A DNA stretch of 32,000 nucleotides from Microcystis aeruginosa NIES-843. GTDB lineage: Bacteria; Cyanobacteriota; Cyanobacteriia; Cyanobacteriales; Microcystaceae. Location: assembly GCF_000010625.1 (NCBI RefSeq), contig NC_010296.1, forward strand, positions 450,001-482,000. Reading direction: 5' to 3'. The position numbers and the translations under genes are program-made. Of this stretch, positions 19,399-25,797 are shown in pieces (within the stretch, counting starts at the first letter, position 1; every line of letters starts with the position of its first letter). The notes under the pieces are model-generated. The model was not told the DNA's origin, ran no database searches, and saw nothing but the letters and a program-made list of their open reading frames with translations.

Positions 19399-19464
19399 TA
19401 TCGAAAACAATTGACAAAAATCGCCCTTTATAACCCGTCCATGGCCTAACACAAACCGAAGAAC
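19399..19464 (-). mobile_element. MITE-A remnant (internally deleted, one terminus retained)
   Basis: The reverse complement matches the MITE-A 5' end (GGTTCTTCGGTTTGTGTTA...) and the internal GGCGATTTTTGTCAATTGTTTTCGAT block. Confidence 0.6.
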
Positions 19465-19510
19465 TATAAAGATTAGATTGAACATTTCTGTGATTTCTGT
19501 CTAACAGCAA
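19449..19510 (+). repeat. 62-nt direct repeat, copy a (left of the TA cassette)
   Basis: 57 of 62 nt identical to 20452-20513. The first ~16 nt equal a MITE-A terminus. Confidence 0.85.
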
Positions 19511-19594
19511 TGGTCAGCGGTGATGAATGAACTAGAACATCGCCGCTTCATCGTGTTAGCTGGCTTGTGCTTAGAGTGTAAGTTTGCGGAGAAA

Positions 19595-19939
19595 TCATGC
19601 GTATAGTAACTGATTATTAATACTATCAACAGTTAAGGTGTTGACTAAAACACTAACCCGTTGCACGACCTCGTAGGCAGTTTTCTGAGGGACAACAATA
19701 ATCCCACAATGTTCTCTGCCTTCCTCTATGAATTGAAGATGCAATCGTTCAAAATCAACTCGGTTGTGGGTGACAAGACATCTACCTAAAGAAGCGGCAA
19801 ATTCTAATTGTTCGCTGTCAGTTTTGCCCAAAGTTGACTGCTCAGGAACAGTGGTGACATCTAAACCACGAGAACGCAGAAGTGTTGCAACTAACGCCGA
19901 CATATCTTCGTCCATGTAAAGCGAAGCAAATATGCTCAT
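19595..19939 (-). CDS. DUF5615-family PIN-like putative toxin
   Basis: 114 aa. LYMDEDMS...LLRSRGLDV...THNRVDF pattern. 4-nt overlap with the upstream DUF433 gene. Confidence 0.7.
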   Translation of the reverse strand: MSIFASLYMDEDMSALVATLLRSRGLDVTTVPEQSTLGKTDSEQLEFAASLGRCLVTHNRVDFERLHLQFIEEGREHCGIIVVPQKTAYEVVQRVSVLVNTLTVDSINNQLLYA

Positions 19940-20229
19940 AGCTTACCCAAAGCTGCCTTTACAGAAGGATGCACCAACTCATCGGGGACTTGGTTACGTT
20001 CAATGTACTCGTTAATTTCTGCTTGATGATCCAAATAAAAACTCAAGGCATCGAACACTTGTGCTAAGGTCAAATGAGGTAAATGAGTTGGAATTTCCTC
20101 TGGCATCACACCTAATCGCCACAGACCTACGATTGCGCGAATAGATGTGCGAGTGCCTTCAATAATTGGCTCTCCACCTAAAATCTCATTGTTTCTGGTG
20201 ACATAACGTGAAAGAGTGATAATCGTCAT
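19936..20229 (-). CDS. DUF433-family putative antitoxin
   Basis: 97 aa. ILGGEPIIEGTRTSIRAIVGLW...PHLTLAQVFDALSFY is the DUF433 signature. Commonly paired with DUF5615. Confidence 0.75.
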   Translation of the reverse strand: MTIITLSRYVTRNNEILGGEPIIEGTRTSIRAIVGLWRLGVMPEEIPTHLPHLTLAQVFDALSFYLDHQAEINEYIERNQVPDELVHPSVKAALGKL

Positions 20230-20362
20230 GGAATTAGGTCTCTTAGGGAAATCGCTGATTCTATTTTAGTAAGGGACAGACATGACTTGATCACGCAATC
20301 CAGTGGCTAGAGGAATCCCAGGCTAGATGTTTTTTCGGCAACCTAACCTAAGACTGGCTCTA

Positions 20363-20451
20363 ATAGTTTGACTAGAGAAAAAAGAGGTGCGTTACATTTC
20401 ATTAACTACCAGAGCGGCGTACTGCTACGCAGTGCCTTCGGCATCGCACTG
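20363..20451 (+). repeat. Dispersed repeat R, copy 1 (core plus two-hairpin module)
   Basis: ATAGTTTGACTAGAGAAAAAAGAGGTGCGTTACATTTCATTAAC, then GGCGTACTGCTACGCAGTGCCTTCGGCATCGCAC (hairpins GCGTA/TACGC and TGCC/GGCA). Confidence 0.85.
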
Positions 20452-20513
20452 ACACAAACCGAAGAACCATAAAGATTAGATTGAACATTTCTGGGATTTC
20501 TCTCCAACGGCAA
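20452..20513 (+). repeat. 62-nt direct repeat, copy b (right of the TA cassette)
   Basis: See 19449-19510. Confidence 0.85.
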
Positions 20514-20549
20514 AGTTAGCCTGCTTTTGGGGCAGGGATTAGCGCAAAG

Positions 20550-20828
20550 GTGGTGTTATACTCAGACAAAGTGCAGAAAGTCAAAATCCGTAACTTTCTT
20601 GAATCCATGCTGACAACTACTCAATTTGCGCCCCTGCTCAAGCAATTGTCTTACTCCGATAAGCTCTTATTACTTAACTTTCTTGTAGCCGAGTTGCTCA
20701 AGGATTCTGGTATTGCACCGATGTCTATTCAAGATGATCTCCCTAGACAAGGTTTACATGACTCTTTTGAGGCTGCCGCCATTCTTGCTCAAGCATTAAA
20801 AGAGAAACAAGAATTGACTCATGGCTAA
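20550..20828 (+). CDS. Hypothetical small protein, upstream partner of the retropepsin-like gene
   Basis: ORF with a GTG start at 20550. An in-frame ATG at 20607 (MLTTTQFAPLLKQLSYSDKLLLLNFLVAELL...) is a more likely start. The stop overlaps the next gene's start (ATGGCTAA). Confidence 0.5.
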   Translation: MVLYSDKVQKVKIRNFLESMLTTTQFAPLLKQLSYSDKLLLLNFLVAELLKDSGIAPMSIQDDLPRQGLHDSFEAAAILAQALKEKQELTHG

Positions 20829-21055
20829 TAAGGTAAGATTTGCTTTCACTGAGGTAGATTCTAGTCTTGGGGCATTAAGTGCGCTTCCTTATTTACCTAT
20901 AATGTCGGCTTGAAGGAACCCTCGGTTTCACCTCGGAGATGAAAAGTTCCGCCAGCATAGAACAGCGAAGCACGACTAAGAATAACTCTAATCTATAGTT
21001 GCCAATTTAACTTTAGTATGCTAGAGTAGTTTGCGTAGTAGGTCGATAACGCAAA

Positions 21056-22243
21056 ATGTTTGTTTTAGAGTACAAGCTTAGAGGAAAACCATCTCAATAT
21101 CAAGCCATTGATGAGGCTATTCGGACAGTACAGTTTGTTCGGAATAAATGTCTTAGATATTGGGAAGACAATAAAGGTGTAGGACAAAAGGATGTATATA
21201 AATATGTCACTCAATTAAGAAGTGAATACCCTTTTGTTCAAGACCTTAACTCTACAGCTTGTCAACAGGCTTGCGAACGTACTTGGACTGCTATTCTTAG
21301 GTTCTATAATAACTGTAAGAACAAAATTGCTGGTAAGAAAGGATATCCTAAATACTCTAAACGTACTCATTCTGTTGAGTTTAAAAAGTCAGGTTGGAAA
21401 CTTAATCGAAATTCCAAGAGAATAACTTTCACTGATGGAAAAAACATTGGGGAGTTAAAACTAATTGGTAGTCGAGACTTGTTTGATTTTCAAGAATGGC
21501 AAATTCAACGGATAAGAATAGTTAAAAGGGCTGATGGATATTATTGCCAGTTAATGCTAAAACTCGATGCTAGAGATATAACCCCACAATTAGAATCGAC
21601 GGGTCATTGCCTAGGATTAGATATGGGGTTAAAATATCTTTATGCTGACAGTAACGGGAATACAGTAGAGCCTCCTAAGTATTATCGAAAAGCCGAGAAA
21701 CGTCTTCATAAACTGAATAGAAGAAAGTCGAAAAAGTTTAAGAGAGGACAAAAGCAGTCTAATAACTACAAAAAAGCTAGTCAAAAATACGCCAAGGGAC
21801 ATTTAAAAGTAAGTAGGCAACGAGAAGAGTTTGCTAAAAAATTGGCACTCCGTTTAATTCAGTCAAACGACTTGATAGCCTACGAGGATTTAAAAGTCAA
21901 GAACCTTGTGCGTAATCGAAAACTAGCTAAGAGTATCAATGATGCTGGTTGGTCACAATTGAGAAAATGGATAGAGTATTTTGGCATTAAATACGGCCGA
22001 TTAACCATAGCAGTTAATCCAGCCTATACAAGTCAAGAATGCTTTAATTGTGGTCGGTTAATCCAAAAGTCTCTATCAGTTAGAACTCATGTTTGTTCCT
22101 GCGGATATGTGGAAGATAGAGACAAAATGGCGGCCTTGAATATACTCAAAAAAGCTACGATAGGGCATATCGGAAGCTGGTCGTTAGACCTAAACGCTTG
22201 GGGAGATTTAAGCTCTATTTTGGTTGGTAGAAATACCTGCTAA
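21056..22243 (+). CDS. tnpB: TnpB RNA-guided endonuclease (IS605 OrfB family)
   Basis: 395 aa. RuvC-I LGLDMG, RuvC-II IAYEDLKVKN, zinc finger CFNCG...CSCG, RuvC-III DRDKMAALNI. All three catalytic positions look intact. Confidence 0.9.
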   Translation: MFVLEYKLRGKPSQYQAIDEAIRTVQFVRNKCLRYWEDNKGVGQKDVYKYVTQLRSEYPFVQDLNSTACQQACERTWTAILRFYNNCKNKIAGKKGYPKYSKRTHSVEFKKSGWKLNRNSKRITFTDGKNIGELKLIGSRDLFDFQEWQIQRIRIVKRADGYYCQLMLKLDARDITPQLESTGHCLGLDMGLKYLYADSNGNTVEPPKYYRKAEKRLHKLNRRKSKKFKRGQKQSNNYKKASQKYAKGHLKVSRQREEFAKKLALRLIQSNDLIAYEDLKVKNLVRNRKLAKSINDAGWSQLRKWIEYFGIKYGRLTIAVNPAYTSQECFNCGRLIQKSLSVRTHVCSCGYVEDRDKMAALNILKKATIGHIGSWSLDLNAWGDLSSILVGRNTC

Positions 22244-22297
22244 GACAACTTGAGTCAGTGAACCAAGAATCCCTCGCATAAGCGCGACGGGATTGTC
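22150..22297 (+). ncRNA. Putative omega (right-end) guide RNA scaffold of TnpB; 5' limit approximate
   Basis: By analogy with characterised TnpB systems, the guide RNA derives from the 3' end of tnpB plus the right end. A right-end hairpin is visible at 22268-22294. No expression evidence. Confidence 0.3.
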
Positions 22298-22633
22298 AAC
22301 ATTGACATTAACTTATCAAAGTCAATCCTTGAATGTTTCGGGTCTCTTGGATACTGGCTCTAGTGTTAATGTGTTGCCCTATGAAATGGGTTTAGCTTTA
22401 GGTGCAGTCTGGGAAAACCAAAGGCTATCTCTGCCATTAGGAGGTAATTTAGCTAGATTTGAAGCTGGTGCATTGGTTGTTAAAGCTACTGTTGAGCAAT
22501 TCCCCACCGTAGATTTAGCCTTTGCTTGGACACAAGATAAATATGCGCCGCTAATACTAGGACAGATGAACTTCTTTCTTGCCTTTGATGTCTGTTTTTA
22601 CAGATACGACTTAGCATTCGAGATTAGTCAAAA

Positions 22634-22679
22634 ATAGTTTGACTGGAGAAAAAATATGTGCGTTACATTTCATTAACTA
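22634..22679 (+). repeat. Dispersed repeat R, copy 2 (core only, variant ATATGTGCG)
   Basis: ATAGTTTGACTGGAGAAAAAATATGTGCGTTACATTTCATTAACTA, immediately after the protease stop codon. Confidence 0.8.
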
Positions 22680-22794
22680 AGCAACCAGCGATCGCAGTTT
22701 CGCCTCAAGCGATCGCCCTATGAAAAGAGATTAATTTGTCTAAAGATTTGCTAAACTGAGGACAATAATCGCTTATTTTCAAGGTGTTAACTAA

Positions 22795-23049
22795 ATGTGG
22801 TGGCAAAGTTCTCGGTTAGACCGTATTGAAGCCAGTCTAGAGGCAAGTCAGCAGCGAATAGAGCGAATAGAAAGCAATATTGACAGATTAGCAGCAATCA
22901 GTGAGGCAACGAATCGGCGTATTGATCGGTTTGTGGAAGCTACTGCTCAACAAATGGAGGAATCTAAGGCTCGTATTGACCAACTGCAACAAGGGATGGA
23001 ACAGCTTCAGCGTGCAGTTGGCTATTTTTTAAGTCAGGACGGTAACTAA
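22795..23049 (+). CDS. Hypothetical 84-aa coiled-coil protein
   Basis: Heptad-like RIE/RID periodicity (LDRIEASLEASQQRIERIESNIDRLAAISEATNRRIDRF). No recognisable domain. Confidence 0.5.
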   Translation: MWWQSSRLDRIEASLEASQQRIERIESNIDRLAAISEATNRRIDRFVEATAQQMEESKARIDQLQQGMEQLQRAVGYFLSQDGN

Positions 23050-23124
23050 CGATCGCCTTTTCAAAAATCAAAAAACCCCGTTAGCTTACAATCACTTGCT
23101 TCAATGAATGAACATGGTGCTACT

Positions 23125-23212
23125 ACTAGAAAAAAAGAGGTGCGTTACATTTCATTAACACACCCTACCAGATCGGCGTACTGCTACGCAGTTCCTTCGG
23201 CATCGCACCACG
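23125..23212 (+). repeat. Dispersed repeat R, copy 3 (core plus hairpin module)
   Basis: CTAGAAAAAAAGAGGTGCGTTACATTTCATTAAC...GGCGTACTGCTACGCAGTTCCTTCGGCATCGCAC. Confidence 0.85.
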
Positions 23213-23259
23213 GCTAGAGAAAAAAGAGGTGCGTTACATTTCATTAACTACAAGATCGG
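23213..23259 (+). repeat. Dispersed repeat R, copy 4 (core only), directly abutting copy 3
   Basis: CTAGAGAAAAAAGAGGTGCGTTACATTTCATTAACTACAAGATCGGC. Confidence 0.85.
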
Positions 23260-23265
23260 CTAATT

Positions 23266-23538
23266 TCAAGGATTAATCTGTGAGATTTTGGTGATGTGAG
23301 GAGCTCCTTGTGGTGGTTTATAAATATAGACCAGTACTACGAGATCAGGTGCGTTAGGATAAACAACTTTTCCTTTACATAAAAAGCAGTAATTCATCCC
23401 CGCAACAACCTGAGTTGCAAAGGCCAATGGGGTGTACCCTACCCCAACAAAACCTTTTAAAGCGGCGTCAAATACATTTTTTGCGGATTCAGTTATAGCA
23501 AAACTAAAAGCGGTCCATTCACCAGATGCGTATGACAT
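23266..23538 (-). CDS. Stefin/cystatin-like small protein (QVVAG motif); putative cysteine-protease inhibitor
   Basis: The ORF extends to 23568, but the ATG at 23538 has an AAGGTGG Shine-Dalgarno 5 nt upstream. The 90-aa product is MSYASGEWTAF...YTPLAFATQVVAGMNYCFLCKG...YIYKPPQGAPHITKISQ. It parallels stefin A/B in length, in having no signal peptide, and in the KTQVVAGTNY(Y/F)IKV and LPGQN loops. Confidence 0.6.
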   Translation of the reverse strand: MSYASGEWTAFSFAITESAKNVFDAALKGFVGVGYTPLAFATQVVAGMNYCFLCKGKVVYPNAPDLVVLVYIYKPPQGAPHITKISQINP

Positions 23539-24016
23539 AATATCCACCTTTTCGATGGTCGCATACATGATATGCCCGAAACTGTTGCGACCTTCCAGTC
23601 GCGAGCGTATTCTCAGTATTTATTATACAGCAAATTTCCGAATAACAATCCTCAGAGTAACGATATGTAAACACTCTCGACATATCATACTAAATTCGTT
23701 TATTAAAGACTGATTATATATTTTCCCTTTTGCCTCTTGCCTCTTGCCTTTTGCCTGTCCTCATAATTAGCCTAAACTCAACGGATTTAGTATTAGCACC
23801 ATCGCAGCGAACTTTTCCGCATATCATAACCAAAAGCATATTAGCCAGATTAAACAACCTATTTTAAGTAGATTCCTAACAACAAACTGAAATAAAATAG
23901 ACTTTTCGGGAAGTCTAGCACTAATTGCTTCAGTCCACCCCACAATTACCTAATTTTCGGGGAAAAAGTGCCTAAAATTTCCCCTCGATCGCTCTTATGT
24001 TCGGCACTTTTTCAGG

Positions 24017-24058
24017 GCAAAAAAATCTAAAAATCTTAGCCAACAATGTTTTTAGATT
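24017..24058 (-). terminator. Possible terminator of ldh
   Basis: On the minus strand, AATCTAAAAA and TTTTTAGATT form a 10-bp AU-rich stem with a 15-nt loop, followed by a T-run. The stem is weak. Confidence 0.35.
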
Positions 24059-24076
24059 TATTCAGCCAACCCTAAG

Positions 24077-25072
24077 TTAAATTTTGAGTTGATCGATTAA
24101 ATCGCGCATAATTTTGGCCGAATTATGTAACTGTTCCATTTCTCTGGGACTAAGAGCAAGATTCAGGGTTTTAATCACTCCTTTCTCGTTAACCACCGAG
24201 GGAATACTTAAACACACATCTTTGAGACCGTATTGACCATCGAGGAGAGTGCTAATAGTGAGAATTCTTTCTTGGGAACGTAAAATCGCTTTAACGATAT
24301 CTGTGGTAGCTAAACCGATCGCATAGCTAGTATAACCCTTGCGTTTGATAATTTCATAGGCGGCGTTTTTAACCTGAAGAAAAATTTCTGTTAAGCTTTC
24401 TTGGTCGGCTGCGCTTAAATCCTGCCAATCTCCTTCTAGTAACCTTGCTCCTCCGATATTAGCCGAACTCCAGACAGCAAGCTCACTATCCCCGTGTTCA
24501 CCGATAATATAAGCGTGGACGTTACGCGCATCTACATGGAGTTGGGTGGATAAAAGAGAGCGTAAACGGCCAGAATCTAGCACCGTACCCGAACCAATCA
24601 CCCTAGAAGGCGGAAAATTGGTGATTTTCAAGGTAACATAGGTCATGATATCGACGGGATTACTCACCACCAAAATCAAAGCACTGGGGCAGTAAACAGC
24701 CACATCCTCCAGAATACGGCGAAAAATCGCCACATTTCGCTCAAGGAGATGTAATCTGGTTTCTCCCTCTTTTTGGGCGGCCCCGGCAGTAATAATCACC
24801 ACATCGGCATTTTGTCCCACATCGGCCACGGTTCCCATTTTCAAGTCTGTGGGTTCAATAAAAGGCATTCCGTGCCTTAAATCCATCACTTCCCCTTCGA
24901 CTTTATCCGTGGCGATATCTTGCAGAATTAATTCATCAAAACAGTCTTGAATTAACATCGAGTAAGCGCAGGCCATCCCCACCTGACCAACACCGATAAT
25001 TACCCCCTTGCGAGGACGCAGAGGAGCGGGTTTTTCAGCGTAGGGATTGGGAGTAAATATTTTATCTAGCAT
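24077..25072 (-). CDS. ldh: L-lactate dehydrogenase
   Basis: 331 aa. GVGQVGMACAY Rossmann motif. ITAGAAQKEGETRL (Gln at the substrate-discriminating position, as in LDH rather than MDH). IIGEHGDSELAVWS. Confidence 0.85.
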   Translation of the reverse strand: MLDKIFTPNPYAEKPAPLRPRKGVIIGVGQVGMACAYSMLIQDCFDELILQDIATDKVEGEVMDLRHGMPFIEPTDLKMGTVADVGQNADVVIITAGAAQKEGETRLHLLERNVAIFRRILEDVAVYCPSALILVVSNPVDIMTYVTLKITNFPPSRVIGSGTVLDSGRLRSLLSTQLHVDARNVHAYIIGEHGDSELAVWSSANIGGARLLEGDWQDLSAADQESLTEIFLQVKNAAYEIIKRKGYTSYAIGLATTDIVKAILRSQERILTISTLLDGQYGLKDVCLSIPSVVNEKGVIKTLNLALSPREMEQLHNSAKIMRDLIDQLKI

Positions 25073-25227
25073 AGATTTTTGCAGTTACTGGCTCGGTAAG
25101 CTCATTTTAAGGGGAAAAGGTTAATATCAGGTAAAAAGAGACTATAAACAGATTTTGAGGACGTTATCGGCAATTTTTTTCTGGTAAGTAGCTGGTTATA
25201 ATTAAATTAAAAATGGATTTTAGGTTC

Positions 25228-25305
25228 GATCCCCCCTGCCCCCCTTGATAAGGGGGGTGCCGATAGGCGGGGGGATCCCCCCTGCCCCCCTTGATAAGGG
25301 GGGTG
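25228..25305. repeat. Two copies of a 32-nt G/C-hairpin unit (46-nt period)
   Basis: GATCCCCCCTGCCCCCCTTGATAAGGGGGGTG at 25228-25259 and 25274-25305. Each contains a CCCCCC-TTGATAA-GGGGGG hairpin. The GGGGGGATCCCCCC palindrome lies at 25269-25282. Confidence 0.85.
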
Positions 25306-25455
25306 TCTGACAACTTTTAACGCCTACCTACTTAATTGGTCGGACAAATTTCTTGTCTTTATTCCCTGACCCCTAGTTTAAGAGAATTGAGGGCCGCTGA
25401 CAGCTTCAGGCTATATCCTAAAATTAGGAATAAGGTTACAGTAGGAGGCGAACCG

Positions 25456-25797
25456 ATGATCTATCACATCACTACAGAAAGAGGTTGGCAAATAGCTCGT
25501 GAAATGGGGGAATATCGGGCGTATTCCCTAAAAAATGAGGGATTTATCCATTGCTCCACCTTAGAACAAATTCCGAAAGTTGTGGCCGCTTTTTATCAAA
25601 ATCAGCCAGATTTGCTGGTTTTAGCCATTTCTCCTGAACAATTGCAGTCCCCGGTGAAATGGGAGCAGCCCCAACATCCTAACCCAGAAAATGCCACTCT
25701 AGAGCTAGAAAAAGAGACCTTTCCCCATATTTACGGTGCTATCAACCTAGAATCGGTGGTTTTTGTCAAACCCTTACAGGATTTGATCAATTCCTAG
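25456..25797 (+). CDS. DUF952 family protein
   Basis: MIYHITTERGWQIAREMGEYRAYSLKNEGFIHCST...FPHIYGAINLESV matches the DUF952 pattern. The ATG at 25456 is preceded by GGAGG. The longer ORF from 25336 lacks support. Confidence 0.8.
   Translation: MIYHITTERGWQIAREMGEYRAYSLKNEGFIHCSTLEQIPKVVAAFYQNQPDLLVLAISPEQLQSPVKWEQPQHPNPENATLELEKETFPHIYGAINLESVVFVKPLQDLINS

Larger units (their letters stand above)
20907..22297 (+). mobile_element. IS200/IS605-family TnpB-only element (IS1341-like, ~1.39 kb, no tnpA)
   Basis: Bounded by the two halves of the protease gene. The junction is ambiguous by 4-5 nt (ATGTC at 20902-20906, TTGTC at 22293-22297). No terminal inverted repeats. Subterminal hairpin at 22268-22294 (AATCCCTCGC...GCGACGGGATT). 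Confidence 0.8.
20821..22637 (+). pseudogene. Retropepsin-like (clan AA) aspartic protease, split by a TnpB element
   Basis: The 5' piece 20821-~20906 (MANKVRFAFTEVDSSLGALSALPYLPIMS) joins in frame to 22298-22637 (TLTLTYQSQSLNVSGLLDTGSSVNVLPY...ILGQMNFF). The join runs through a shared TGTC. DTGS active-site motif present. Confidence 0.7.

Noticed and set aside
20363-23259. The R repeats as a CRISPR array or as integron attC sites
   Set aside because: The spacing is 0.05-2.2 kb with genes in between, so this is not a CRISPR array. No intI is present, and the core does not fit the GTTRRRY/RYYYAAC attC ends (GTTACAT and CATTAAC each miss). The cassette-like pattern is kept as a finding, but the integron label is dropped.
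23722-23760. TTGCCT(C/T)-type microsatellite in the ORF-free region upstream of the stefin-like gene
   Set aside because: It is short and imperfect (about five units), with no associated structure or ORF. It is noted only as low-complexity sequence.
25336-25455. Long N-terminal extension of the DUF952 ORF, and the TTG start at 27108 for the amidohydrolase
   Set aside because: The extensions have no family-like sequence. Internal ATGs (25456, preceded by GGAGG, and 27087) coincide with where homology-like sequence begins.
25774-25797. 24-nt convergent 3' overlap of DUF952 and the amidohydrolase, and the 4-nt overlap at 30307-30310
   Set aside because: Short convergent overlaps are common in compact genomes. 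Nothing else suggests antisense regulation.
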